The notes beneath the pieces are model-generated. The model was given only the letters and a program-made list of their open reading frames with translations. It made no database searches and had not been told where the DNA came from. DNA of 64,000 bases from Synechococcus sp. GTDB lineage: Bacteria > Cyanobacteriota > Cyanobacteriia > PCC-6307 > Cyanobiaceae. The stretch is from assembly GCA_047285805.1 (NCBI GenBank), contig JBJBCN010000003.1, positions 384,001 to 448,000 on the forward strand, written 5' to 3'. A program made the position numbers and the translations under genes. How positions within the stretch are numbered: the stretch's first letter is position 1; each line of letters begins with the position of its first letter. Below, piece after piece: positions 21,287 through 31,275 of the stretch.

Positions 21287-21918
21287 TAGTACTGGGTAAG
21301 AAAGTTTTTTAGGACAGCAAGACCATTGGACTGACTTTTTTCGGGATGAAACTGGGTTCCAAAGACGCACCCATCTTCAACAGCTGAGGCAAAGGAATAA
21401 CCGTACGAAGTTGTTCCAATAACATGGGATTCATTCAGGCAGTTAAAATGATAACTATGAATAAAATAAAAGTCGTTCTGGTTGTTTCCCGACGAAATAA
21501 GGCCTCTAAATAGTTTGGAACTGCACCTTGGGGAAACATGGTTGAATCCGATGTGTGGTATTTTATATCCGTTACTAATGAGATCATTCGTAAAGCGATT
21601 AACAGTTCCTGGAATCAGGCCAAGTCCTTTGCTATGACCATCTTCATCTCCACTATCTGCTAAAAGCTGCATCCCCAAACAAATTCCTAAAAGCGGAATT
21701 CCATCTGAAACCTGTTGATATATAGCCTTGTCAAGGCCTTTCTGTCGAATAGATTGCATGGACATCTTAAAAGATCCAACACCAGGCAATAGATAGTGTG
21801 AACAGCCGCGCATTTGTTCTGGTTCAGACACGATCGAGGTGTCCGCACCTAAATATCTTAACGCTGATGCAACAGAACGTAGGTTACCAGCTCCATAGTC
21901 AATGATTCCAACTTTCAT
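21286..21918 (-). CDS. hisH: HisH-like glutamine amidotransferase (WbuY-type)
   Basis: MKVGIIDYGAGNLRS, PGVGSF, GICLGMQ and QFHPEKS. Confidence 0.88.
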   Translation of the reverse strand: MKVGIIDYGAGNLRSVASALRYLGADTSIVSEPEQMRGCSHYLLPGVGSFKMSMQSIRQKGLDKAIYQQVSDGIPLLGICLGMQLLADSGDEDGHSKGLGLIPGTVNRFTNDLISNGYKIPHIGFNHVSPRCSSKLFRGLISSGNNQNDFYFIHSYHFNCLNESHVIGTTSYGYSFASAVEDGCVFGTQFHPEKSQSNGLAVLKNFLTQY

Positions 21919-21953
21919 GATTCTCAAATCACTTTTCGCCGTAGAACCTTGTA

Positions 21954-22772
21954 TCACCAGGTACTCCAGCCTCCGTCGACAATGATATTTTGACCTGTGA
22001 CCCATCCTGACATATCGGTAGCCAGGTAGACAATTGCTCCAATAAGATCTTCCTCTTTCCCCATCCTCTTCATAGGGGTTTTCTGAATATATTTATCAAC
22101 AAAGGATGATGGTTGATTTCGATATATTCCCCCAGGTGAAATTGCGTTAACCCTGATTGAGGGTGCAAGGGTGGTAGACATCCATCTTGTAAGTTGCAAC
22201 AAGCCTCCCTTGCTTGCTGCATATGCGGCTGGATTGTTCATATTTGTACCTTCATATAAGGATAGATCAGGTCCGCATATGCCGTAAATAGATGAGATAT
22301 TAATAATGCTTGACTTATTAGACTGTAAAAGCTTCAAGCAGGCTTGAGTCAGTGCGAATGGTGCCATGAGATTAACATCCATTGCCCGTTGCCAAGTGTT
22401 TATAGTTTGCTGCGGGAAAGGCACTGACCAGCCTTCCAAATTCGACGTACCGACAAATGCAGCATTATTTACAAGAACATCAAGCCTACCAAACTCTTTT
22501 TCAATAAGGCTAGGAATACAATTAAAATGATCTGGTTTCTCTAGATCCAAATCTACAGTTAAAACTGCGCGATTAAACTTTGTCTCTAATGATTCTTTGA
22601 CGGCTAATAGGTTGTCATTGTTTACGTCAATTAGAACTATAGTAGAACCAAGCTCGGCAAGTGCTGAAGCTATTACACTGCCAATTTTACCGGCACCACC
22701 GGTCACCAAAGAAACCCTGCCTTCCAGAGACATTAACTCGGAAACTGATCTAGAAAATAGATCTGAAGACAT
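21954..22772 (-). CDS. SDR oxidoreductase (PtmA-like)
   Basis: TGGAGKIG, NNAA, YAASK and DGG motifs; context of a leg/ptm cluster. Confidence 0.85.
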   Translation of the reverse strand: MSSDLFSRSVSELMSLEGRVSLVTGGAGKIGSVIASALAELGSTIVLIDVNNDNLLAVKESLETKFNRAVLTVDLDLEKPDHFNCIPSLIEKEFGRLDVLVNNAAFVGTSNLEGWSVPFPQQTINTWQRAMDVNLMAPFALTQACLKLLQSNKSSIINISSIYGICGPDLSLYEGTNMNNPAAYAASKGGLLQLTRWMSTTLAPSIRVNAISPGGIYRNQPSSFVDKYIQKTPMKRMGKEEDLIGAIVYLATDMSGWVTGQNIIVDGGWSTW

Positions 22773-22775
22773 AAA

Positions 22776-25745
22776 TTAGGCGCTCACCTTATTTTGCAGA
22801 GCCGGAATTGATGGATGCTGCTCCAGTACCACCTTGAGATAGCGCCCCGTATGGGAGACAGGATGCTCAGCGACTTGCTCCGGGGTTCCTGTCACGACGA
22901 CCTCTCCACCCTTGTCACCCCCCTCGGGACCGAGGTCGATAATCCAGTCGGAACAGCGGATCACGTCGAGGTTGTGCTCGATCACCAAGATCGAATTTCC
23001 CTTATCAACGAGACGCTGCATCACATCCATCAACTTGTGGACGTCGTAGAAACTCAGGCCGGTTGTGGGCTCATCGATCAGATAGAGAGTCTTCCCTGTA
23101 GCCCGCTTTGAAAGTTCAGTCGCCAACTTGACGCGCTGGGCTTCACCACCGGAGAGGGTTGGTGCGGGTTGGCCCAGCTTGACGTAACCCAAGCCCACAT
23201 CCACCAAGGTGCGCAAACGATCAGCAGCCTGAGGAATCGCTGAAAACACCTCGCAGGCCTGCTCCACCGTCATCTGCAGGACATCGGCGATGGTGTGGCC
23301 CTTGTACTTGACCTGCAACGTCTCGCGGTTGTAGCGAGCGCCCTTGCAGACATCGCACTGGACGTAGACGTCAGGCAAGAAGTTCATCTCAATGACATTC
23401 ACACCCTGGCCGCTGCAGGCTTCGCAGCGACCACCCTTGACATTGAAGCTGAACTGTCCGACGGCGTAACCGCGGGCCTTGGCCTCCACCGTGGCCGCAA
23501 AGACCTGACGGATCGGATCAAAGGCCCCGGTATAGGTCGCAGGGTTGGAGCGAGGCGTACGGCCTATCGGCGATTGGTCGATCACGATCACCTTGTCGAT
23601 CGCCTTGATCCCTTTAAGGTCATCAACCCCAGCCGGGAAGGGCACTTTCATCCCAAGCTTGTGCTCCAGCGCAGGGTGCAGGAGCTCATTGACCATGGTG
23701 CTCTTGCCGCTACCACTCACCCCGGTCACACAGACCAAGCGGCCCAAGGGGAACTCCACGTCGAAGCCGCTTAGGTTGTTACGGGCGCAGCCCACCAAGG
23801 TGAGCTTGCGTGAACCATTGGCTCGGCGTTCTGCAGGTGTCGGAATGGCACGGCGGCCGCTCAAGTAAGCACCGGTCAACGACTCCTCGGCCGCCAGCAG
23901 GGTCTCGAAATCACCCTCGGCAACGATATTGCCGCCATGGACCCCAGCTCCAGGTCCGATATCGACGATGTAGTCGGCGGCACGAATCGTGTCCTCGTCG
24001 TGCTCCACCACGATCAAGGTATTGCCCAGATCCCTAAGCTTCACAAGGGTGTTCAGCAGCCGGTCGTTGTCGCGCTGATGCAAACCGATGCTCGGCTCGT
24101 CGAGCACGTAGAGCACACCCGTCAGACCGGCACCAATCTGGGTAGCGAGACGGATTCGCTGGGCCTCACCACCCGAGAGGGTCATAGCTGGGCGATCCAG
24201 GCTCAGGTAATCCAGTCCCACGTCCAACAGGAACTTCAGGCGCATGCGGATCTCCCGCATCACCAAATCGCCAATTTGGATTTGACGGGCATTGAGCAGG
24301 GCCGGACCCTCGATGCCCATCAGCTCTTCAATCCGGCGCAGGCTCTCGCCGACGCTGCTGTTGGTGAGCTCGTGGATGCGGTAAGGGCCCACCCGCACAG
24401 CCAGGGCTTCAGGCTTCAGGCGCAAACCATGGCAGCTGGCGCAGGGCACCAACTCCAGATATTTCTCGAGCTTCTGGCGAATCGACTCGCCACTCGCATC
24501 ACGTAATTGGCGCTCGAGGATCGGCAGTATTCCTTCGAACGGCCGCAGGTAGGTCTGGTTTTTCTTGTAGCGGCTATCGGCCTGGATGGGGATCGGTTCC
24601 CTTGACCCGTTGAGCAACACGTCCTGCTGCTCCACTGTCAGCTCATTCCAAGGCGTCTTGATCTCAAAGCCAAAGGCTTCTCCCACCGAATAGAGCAGGG
24701 AGAAGTAATAGGAGTTGTCCTTTTCAGCCCAGGGAGCAACGGCCGCGTACACCGGCAACGAAGGATCAGGGATGACCCGCTCTTTCGTGAATTGGCGCAG
24801 ATGACCAATTCCATGGCAATCCGGACAGGCGCCGTACGGACTGTTGAACGAGAAGAGCCTGGGCGAGAGCTCCTCCATCACCGCTCCATGGACGGGACAG
24901 GCGAAGTTCTCGGAATAGAGGCGCTCCTTCTCGACCTCTGGCGGCAATTCCTCTCCGGACTTCGGCACCACTTCGACGAGGGCCAAGCCATCACCGCGCT
25001 TGAGCGCCGTGCGCAGGGAATCGGTCAGGCGCTCTTGAATGCCCTCACGAGCCACCAGGCGATCCACCACCACCTCGATGTTGTGGGAGTGATTCTTGTC
25101 GAGCTCAATGTTGTCGGCGAGTTCACGCACCTCGCCGTTGATCCGCACCCGGGCAAAGCCCTCAGCCACCAAGCCGGACAGCAACTTGACGTGGGTGCCC
25201 TTCTTGCCGCGAACCACAGGGGCGAGGAGCTGGTAACGGGTCCCCTCCGGCAGGGTGAGGACCTGATCGACCATCTCGTCGATGGACTGGGGCCGAATCG
25301 AGCGGTCGCACTCGGGGCAATGGGGCTCCCCTGCTCGACCAAACAACAGACGCAGATAGTCCTGGATCTCCGTGACCGTTCCCACCGTGGAACGGGGGTT
25401 ATGGCTGGTGGATTTCTGATCAATCGAGATCGCAGGCGAGAGGCCCTCGATCGCGTCCACATCGGGCTTGTCGACCTGGCCGAGGAACTGCCGGGCGTAG
25501 GCAGAAAGACTTTCTACATAGCGGCGCTGGCCTTCCGCGAAAATCGTGTCGAAGGCCAGGGAGCTCTTGCCGCTGCCGCTGACACCGGTGAACACCACCA
25601 GCTGGTTGCGGGGAACCGTGACGTCGACATTCTTGAGGTTGTGCTGGCGGGCACCCCGCACCCGGATCACATCCTCCAAGGAGCCGCCGTTGAGGGCCTG
25701 CAACGCAGCCTTCTCGTTCACGCTTTTGGCGAGGGCGCGGGGCAT
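22776..25745 (-). CDS. uvrA: excinuclease ABC subunit A
   Basis: Two GVSGSGKS P-loops, two LSGGEAQR signatures, zinc fingers. Confidence 0.98.
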   Translation of the reverse strand: MPRALAKSVNEKAALQALNGGSLEDVIRVRGARQHNLKNVDVTVPRNQLVVFTGVSGSGKSSLAFDTIFAEGQRRYVESLSAYARQFLGQVDKPDVDAIEGLSPAISIDQKSTSHNPRSTVGTVTEIQDYLRLLFGRAGEPHCPECDRSIRPQSIDEMVDQVLTLPEGTRYQLLAPVVRGKKGTHVKLLSGLVAEGFARVRINGEVRELADNIELDKNHSHNIEVVVDRLVAREGIQERLTDSLRTALKRGDGLALVEVVPKSGEELPPEVEKERLYSENFACPVHGAVMEELSPRLFSFNSPYGACPDCHGIGHLRQFTKERVIPDPSLPVYAAVAPWAEKDNSYYFSLLYSVGEAFGFEIKTPWNELTVEQQDVLLNGSREPIPIQADSRYKKNQTYLRPFEGILPILERQLRDASGESIRQKLEKYLELVPCASCHGLRLKPEALAVRVGPYRIHELTNSSVGESLRRIEELMGIEGPALLNARQIQIGDLVMREIRMRLKFLLDVGLDYLSLDRPAMTLSGGEAQRIRLATQIGAGLTGVLYVLDEPSIGLHQRDNDRLLNTLVKLRDLGNTLIVVEHDEDTIRAADYIVDIGPGAGVHGGNIVAEGDFETLLAAEESLTGAYLSGRRAIPTPAERRANGSRKLTLVGCARNNLSGFDVEFPLGRLVCVTGVSGSGKSTMVNELLHPALEHKLGMKVPFPAGVDDLKGIKAIDKVIVIDQSPIGRTPRSNPATYTGAFDPIRQVFAATVEAKARGYAVGQFSFNVKGGRCEACSGQGVNVIEMNFLPDVYVQCDVCKGARYNRETLQVKYKGHTIADVLQMTVEQACEVFSAIPQAADRLRTLVDVGLGYVKLGQPAPTLSGGEAQRVKLATELSKRATGKTLYLIDEPTTGLSFYDVHKLMDVMQRLVDKGNSILVIEHNLDVIRCSDWIIDLGPEGGDKGGEVVVTGTPEQVAEHPVSHTGRYLKVVLEQHPSIPALQNKVSA

Positions 25746-25771
25746 CCAAGCGGCTCTAAGAGGGATGGAGT

Positions 25772-27445
25772 CTAGGCAGCGCGTTTAAGCAGGCTGGCCG
25801 CGTAGCTCCTGGTCTCACCGAAATCGCCGCCGGCCAACTCAGCCAGCTCCGTCTGGCGTGCCTGAGTGTCCCGCAGTTGGGACACTCGCGTGTAGGTCGT
25901 GCCGTGCCGCACCTCCTTCGCGACCTGGAAGTGATGGTCAGCGGCGGCAGCCACCAAGGGCTGGTGGGTCACGCAAAAGACCTGTCGCTGCTGGGCCAGG
26001 CGCTGCAGCAACTCCGCCATGGCACCACTGACACGGCCACTGACACCGGTGTCAATTTCGTCGAACAGCAGGGTGACGTGCTGATCCGCCGCAGCCAAAC
26101 AGGTTTTCAGAGCCAATAGAAAGCGCGACATCTCACCGCCCGAGGCCACCTCAGCAAGGGGAGCGAGCGGCTGACCCGGGTTGGCCGAGAACCGGAACTG
26201 CACGGCGTCTGCCCCCTCTTCCCCCGGAGCCATGGGCTCAATCGCCACTTCAAAACGGACATTGGCCAGACCCATAGGCCGCAGGGCCTGCATCAGGTCC
26301 TGCTCCAGAGCCTCAGCGGCAAGGCGACGGGCCTGGGTGAGGTGGGCGTTGCAGCGATCCCGGTGCTGGCGAGCCTGGAGCTCGGCCAGCTCCAAGGCCT
26401 CGACACTGGCTTGAGCACCGCCGGACACCAGTTGATCGCGCAGATCATCACGCCAAGCGATCAGCTCAGAAAGGTCCTTGCCATGGCGTCTCTCCAGCGC
26501 CTTCAGCAAAGCGATCCGCTCCTGAAGCTGCCCGAGGCTGTCCGGATCGCTGTCCAGGCTGGACCCATAGCGATCGAGCTCGCGAATGAAGTCCTGAAGC
26601 TCCGCGAGGCCGTCGCCAAAACGGGCGTTCAACGCCGACAAACTGCCATCAAGCTGCTTCATCTGGGACAACTCCGCCTCACAGGCGGCCAGGTGGTCCA
26701 ACACCGATGGGGCTTCCTCTGCGCCATCCACTAGCCGTCCCATCAGGGTCATGACCCCTTCCTGAAGACGCACCCCATGGGCAAGCCGATTCTCTTCCTT
26801 TTCCAGACGGCTGCGCTCCGCTGGGTTCTCCAGCTTGGCCGCCTCTAGGTCATCCAACAGTTGTTGCTGCCGCTCCAAGTCGGCCTGCAGCGTTAGCCAG
26901 TCGGCCTTGGCCTGCTCCAGGGCCGCGGACGCTTGCCGCCATGAGCGATAACTGTCCTGAACGGGTGGAAGGTGCTGCTGCAGGTCAGCGGCGCCAAAAC
27001 GATCCAGCCAGCGGCGCTGCTGACCCGGCCGGGCCAACTGCTGGGTCTGCCCCTGAACCGTGAGATCCAACAGCAAAGGCCGGAGCGATTGGATCTGCTG
27101 ACGGTTGACCGCAACGCCATTGAGTCGATGGCGGCTCGTGAGTCGATCGTCCTTCTGGCGCCATTCGCGGCTCAGCAACACCTCCTCCTCGTCGCACTCC
27201 AGCTCCTGCTCGCTCAGCCACTCCTGCAAAGGAGGACTGATGGAAAAACTGGCTTCAATCACCCCTTGATGGCTGCCCTGGCGCAACAGCCGAGGCCCCT
27301 GCCCCCCCAAGAGGGCGTCGAGGGCATCCAAAAGGATGGATTTACCGGCTCCGGTCTCGCCGGTAAGCACCGTGAAGCCCTGACCAAACTCCAGCTGCAG
27401 CTCTTCAATCAGAGCGATGTTTTGGAGACGCAGACCGGTAAGCAC
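25772..27445 (-). CDS. recN: DNA repair protein RecN
   Basis: LTGETGAGKS, ASGGEMSR, FDEIDTGVSG and VTHQP. Confidence 0.97.
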   Translation of the reverse strand: MLTGLRLQNIALIEELQLEFGQGFTVLTGETGAGKSILLDALDALLGGQGPRLLRQGSHQGVIEASFSISPPLQEWLSEQELECDEEEVLLSREWRQKDDRLTSRHRLNGVAVNRQQIQSLRPLLLDLTVQGQTQQLARPGQQRRWLDRFGAADLQQHLPPVQDSYRSWRQASAALEQAKADWLTLQADLERQQQLLDDLEAAKLENPAERSRLEKEENRLAHGVRLQEGVMTLMGRLVDGAEEAPSVLDHLAACEAELSQMKQLDGSLSALNARFGDGLAELQDFIRELDRYGSSLDSDPDSLGQLQERIALLKALERRHGKDLSELIAWRDDLRDQLVSGGAQASVEALELAELQARQHRDRCNAHLTQARRLAAEALEQDLMQALRPMGLANVRFEVAIEPMAPGEEGADAVQFRFSANPGQPLAPLAEVASGGEMSRFLLALKTCLAAADQHVTLLFDEIDTGVSGRVSGAMAELLQRLAQQRQVFCVTHQPLVAAAADHHFQVAKEVRHGTTYTRVSQLRDTQARQTELAELAGGDFGETRSYAASLLKRAA

Positions 27446-27503
27446 AAGCAGCCTGGTGTTGGGCCCGACCGTAGCGGCTGTCTCTTTCGTTTAGAAGGGG
27501 GTC

Positions 27504-29486
27504 ATGTCAGACACCGGCCTCACCCCTGCCGAAGCCGCGGCGGCTGCCATGCAACGCAGCGTGTTGGGTGACGACGCCGAGTCGAACACCCCTACTGAAA
27601 AGACCAAAACATTGGAGCCCCAACGCGAGGAGCTCTCCGACTTCATCGAGGCCGCTGGCCTGCTCGAGTACGACCCGGCAGCGATCAGTCGGATCTATGC
27701 CGGTGCCCCTCAACGCTTGATCCGCCGACTCTGGCAAACGCTGGTTCCAATCGGCCTCTATCTCTTTGGTGTCGGCTTCGACTGGATCACCCGCAGGCTC
27801 AAGGATCCCGACCACGCACGCGCCAGGGCGAAAGAAGCCGCTGATCTGGTGGCCTCTCTGGGTCCAGCCTTCATCAAGGCCGGCCAGGCCCTCTCCACCC
27901 GTCCAGACATCGTTCCGCCGCTGCTGCTGGAGGAGCTCGCCGGTCTACAGGACCAACTGCCCGGCTTTGATTCAGGTCTGGCCATGGCCTGCATTGAGGA
28001 AGACCTCGGTGCACCGATTTCAGCCATTTACGCCGAGTTAGAGCGCGAGCCGATCTCCGCGGCGTCCCTTGGCCAAGTCCACCGGGGTGTGTTGCTGAGC
28101 GGCGAAAAGGTGGCGGTCAAAGTCCAGCGCCCAGGACTCAGAGAACAGATCACCCTTGACCTCTACATCGTCCGCAACATCGCGGCCTGGCTGAACACCA
28201 ACATCGGCCTGATCCGCTCGGACCTTGTTGCCCTGATCGATGAGCTGGGCAAGCGGGTCTTTGAGGAGATGGACTATTGCAACGAGGCGACCAACGCCGA
28301 AACGTTCGCAGCACTCCACTCCCACAACTCCCGCATTGCGGTCCCCCGAATCTTCCGCGACGCCACAGCACGGCGCGTGCTGACGATGGAGTGGATCGAT
28401 GGGGTGAAACTCACCAACCTCGAAGCCGTTCGCGAGCTGGGGATCGACCCCGACGACATGGTCACTTTGGGGGTGAACTGCTCCCTGCAGCAGCTGCTGG
28501 AGCACGGCTTCTTCCATGCAGACCCCCATCCAGGAAACCTGCTGGCCCTACCCGATGGCCGCCTGGCCTATCTGGACTTCGGGATGATGAGCGAGGTCAG
28601 CCGTGAAAGCCGCACCGGGTTGATCCAAGCGGTTGTTCACCTGGTGAACCGCAACTTTGGAAAGCTCAGCAACGACTTCGTCAGCCTGGGTTTCCTTGCG
28701 GAAGACGTGAATCTCGAGCCCATCGTTCCGGCCTTTGAACAGGTCTTTGGCCAAGCCCTGGAGATGGGTGTGAGCCGGATGGACTTCAAGGCCGTCACCG
28801 ACGACCTCAGCGGGGTGATGTATCGCTTCCCCTTCCGTGTCCCGCCCTATTACGCCCTGATCATTCGGTCCCTGGTGACGCTGGAGGGCATCGCCTTGAG
28901 CGTCGACCCCGACTTCAAGATCTTGGGTGCGGCCTACCCCTACTTCGCCCGCCGGCTGATGGAGGACCCCGATCCGCAGCTGCGCAACAGCCTCAAAGAG
29001 ATGTTGTTCGACGGCGAGATCTTCCGTTGGCAGCGGCTCGACAACCTGATCAGCAGCGCCGCCAGCGGCAACCAATTGGACCTGGAGGGTCTGCTGGATC
29101 AAGTCCTCGACTTCCTCTTCTCCCCCAAGGCCGGACTGCTCCGCAACCAGCTAGTCGATGCCACCGTGGACCAGCTCGACGCTCTTGGCTGGCAAACCGC
29201 CATCAGGCTCAGCCAACGCCTGCCCAAGGCCCTCAGGCCACCAGGTTTGCGGGATCAAGCCACAATCACGCCGAGCGACGTGGAGTTGCTCTCGCTTGAA
29301 CCGATCCAACGGCTCCTGGCGATCCTTAGCCAACTACCGGGCTTTGACACCCAACTGCTGCTCAAACGCATTCCCAGGCTGATCCAGGAATCAGAGCTGC
29401 GCCGGATGGGATCGGACATGGCCAGGGGATTGGCGGAGCGGAGTCTTGTGCGACTCGTGCGGGACGTCCTGGTCAGTCCGGCCTAG
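27504..29486 (+). CDS. AarF/ABC1/UbiB family kinase
   Basis: GPAFIKAGQ, AASLGQVH, VAVKVQRP, HADPHPGN and DFG. Confidence 0.93.
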   Translation: MSDTGLTPAEAAAAAMQRSVLGDDAESNTPTEKTKTLEPQREELSDFIEAAGLLEYDPAAISRIYAGAPQRLIRRLWQTLVPIGLYLFGVGFDWITRRLKDPDHARARAKEAADLVASLGPAFIKAGQALSTRPDIVPPLLLEELAGLQDQLPGFDSGLAMACIEEDLGAPISAIYAELEREPISAASLGQVHRGVLLSGEKVAVKVQRPGLREQITLDLYIVRNIAAWLNTNIGLIRSDLVALIDELGKRVFEEMDYCNEATNAETFAALHSHNSRIAVPRIFRDATARRVLTMEWIDGVKLTNLEAVRELGIDPDDMVTLGVNCSLQQLLEHGFFHADPHPGNLLALPDGRLAYLDFGMMSEVSRESRTGLIQAVVHLVNRNFGKLSNDFVSLGFLAEDVNLEPIVPAFEQVFGQALEMGVSRMDFKAVTDDLSGVMYRFPFRVPPYYALIIRSLVTLEGIALSVDPDFKILGAAYPYFARRLMEDPDPQLRNSLKEMLFDGEIFRWQRLDNLISSAASGNQLDLEGLLDQVLDFLFSPKAGLLRNQLVDATVDQLDALGWQTAIRLSQRLPKALRPPGLRDQATITPSDVELLSLEPIQRLLAILSQLPGFDTQLLLKRIPRLIQESELRRMGSDMARGLAERSLVRLVRDVLVSPA

Positions 29487-29511
29487 GGTCTCCAAACTGT
29501 TTCGAGCCCCA

Positions 29512-30084
29512 ATGCCGTCCAGCAAACGCCAGCGAATCCTTGCTGCAGCGCTTGGCTTGGGCTTGCTAGGTGGCACGCCAAGTCTCGCCGCGGAGAACGT
29601 GGTGTTTGTCACCGGAGCGTTCCGGCGCTCGATCCCAGTGGCGGACTTCGAATACTTGACCGAGACCAATCAGGCTCGGGGCCTGCTCTCGGATCTCCTC
29701 AGCTTCACCAAGATGGAGCCCAAGGAGGTCTCCAAGCTTCTCAAGGCTGAACTGACCATCCCCTTGGTGTTGACCAGCCGGCTTCTGAACACCCGTCTTG
29801 GCGAAGCGATCCTGGCCCGGGTGGCCAAGATCATTTATCCGCTGAAGGCGCGTGGTGCTGGGATTCCCGCCCTACGGGCTGGGGTGATCAATGCGCTCGT
29901 GGCCGGCGACGACAAGATCAACGCGATCGGCTTCATACAGGCGTACCCGGTCGATGAGCTGGAAGTAAGCATTCCGGCACTGATGAACGTGCTCGCGAAA
30001 GCCAAATCCATAAGCCAACTGATCTCCTTCTTTTCCGATTCACCCCTGGACGGGCTGAGGGGCGAGAACAAGGCTGCCCCGTAG
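29512..30084 (+). CDS. DUF1400-like cyanobacterial exported protein
   Basis: Signal peptide ending SLA-AE; RSIPVADFEYL and GEAIL...ALRAGVI motifs; usual position before thrC. Confidence 0.7.
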   Translation: MPSSKRQRILAAALGLGLLGGTPSLAAENVVFVTGAFRRSIPVADFEYLTETNQARGLLSDLLSFTKMEPKEVSKLLKAELTIPLVLTSRLLNTRLGEAILARVAKIIYPLKARGAGIPALRAGVINALVAGDDKINAIGFIQAYPVDELEVSIPALMNVLAKAKSISQLISFFSDSPLDGLRGENKAAP

Positions 30085-30112
30085 ATTCGGGTCCAGAGCG
30101 TCCCAGCCGACC

Positions 30113-31222
30113 GTGCCCCTGCTGACTTCCATCCGCCGGCGACTGGGATCCAGGAAAGCGACGATGCAGGACTGGCCGGGCCTGATTGAGGCATACAGCC
30201 GCTGGTTGCCGGTCAGCGACAAAACGCCCGTCGTCACCCTGCGGGAGGGAGCAACCCCCTTGATTCCAGCGCCGTCCATTGCTGAACGGATCGGCAAAGG
30301 GGTGAAGGTCTATCTGAAATACGACGGTCTAAACCCCACTGGATCCTTCAAGGACCGGGGCATGACCATGGCCATCTCCAAGGCCAAGGAAGAGGGCTCC
30401 GAGGCGGTGATCTGCGCCAGCACCGGCAACACCTCCGCTGCAGCAGCAGCCTATGCCCGGCGCGGCGGCATGCGCGCCTTCGTCTTGATCCCTGACGGCT
30501 ACGTGGCCCAGGGCAAGCTCGCCCAAGCCCTGCTTTACGGCGCAGAAGTCCTGGCGGTGAAGGGCAACTTTGACCGGGCCCTGGCCATCGTTCGCGAAGT
30601 GGCGGATCAGTACCCCGTCACCCTGGTGAACTCCCTCAATCCCTACCGACTCCAAGGGCAGAAAACGGCAGCCTTTGAGGTGGTGGATGCCCTCGGTGAA
30701 GCACCGGATTGGCTCTGCATCCCCGTCGGCAACGCCGGCAATATCAGCGCCTACTGGATGGGCTTCAACGAGTACAAGGCCGCGGGCCACAGCCGCAAGC
30801 TGCCCCGAATGATGGGCTTCCAAGCGGCCGGCTCAGCGCCACTCGTCCTGGGCCACACCGTGGAGCAACCCGACACCATTGCGACGGCGATCCGGATCGG
30901 TAACCCTGTCAACAAGGAGAAGGCGCTGAAAGCCCGCGCTGAAAGTAACGGTGACTTCATGGCCGTCACCGATGCCGAAATCATCGAGGCCTACAAGCTG
31001 CTCGGCAGTGGCGAAGGCGTGTTCTGCGAGCCAGCCAGCGCCGCCTCCGTTGCCGGTCTGATCAAACGTCGCGACGAAGTCCCTGCAGGGGCCACGTTGG
31101 TCTGTGTCTTGACGGGCAACGGCTTGAAGGACCCGACAACGGCGATCGAGCACAACGACTCGAAGTTCCACACAGGCCTCGATGCCGACACAGCCAAGGT
31201 CGCTCAAGTGATGGGCTTCTGA
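30113..31222 (+). CDS. thrC: threonine synthase (start may be ATG 30164)
   Basis: NPTGSFKDRG, ASTGNTS, PVGNAGN and TGNGLKD. Confidence 0.96.
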   Translation: MPLLTSIRRRLGSRKATMQDWPGLIEAYSRWLPVSDKTPVVTLREGATPLIPAPSIAERIGKGVKVYLKYDGLNPTGSFKDRGMTMAISKAKEEGSEAVICASTGNTSAAAAAYARRGGMRAFVLIPDGYVAQGKLAQALLYGAEVLAVKGNFDRALAIVREVADQYPVTLVNSLNPYRLQGQKTAAFEVVDALGEAPDWLCIPVGNAGNISAYWMGFNEYKAAGHSRKLPRMMGFQAAGSAPLVLGHTVEQPDTIATAIRIGNPVNKEKALKARAESNGDFMAVTDAEIIEAYKLLGSGEGVFCEPASAASVAGLIKRRDEVPAGATLVCVLTGNGLKDPTTAIEHNDSKFHTGLDADTAKVAQVMGF

Positions 31223-31250
31223 ACCCCCTCAACACCGCGCAGACTGCTTC

Positions 31251-31275
31251 GCCCGGCCTGAAGCCGGGCTTTTTT
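31251..31275 (+). terminator. rho-independent terminator after thrC
   Basis: GCCCGGC-ctgaa-GCCGGGC stem-loop followed by TTTTTT. Confidence 0.9.

Larger units (their letters stand above)
10005..22772 (-). other. low-GC genomic island 1: legionaminic-acid-type nonulosonic acid biosynthesis operon (13 co-oriented genes)
   Basis: Abrupt GC drop (spot counts 33/60 at 10621 and 20/60 at 22261 vs 38/60 at 8041); overlapping or abutting minus-strand ORFs, all for sugar pathways; no integrase. Confidence 0.9.

Noticed and set aside
11051..21918. HisF/HisH genes as a histidine biosynthesis operon
   Set aside because: No other his genes are present, the context is sugar amidination, and the split HisF appears to lack the catalytic Asp
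24792..25775. Long antisense ORFs (e.g. 327 aa opposite uvrA, 265-270 aa opposite PP2C and ftsY)
   Set aside because: These are shadow frames expected in high-GC coding DNA and show no recognisable motifs
27446..27503. LexA box upstream of recN-uvrA
   Set aside because: No match to the cyanobacterial GTAC-N4-GTWC-type motif was seen, so SOS control is unsupported
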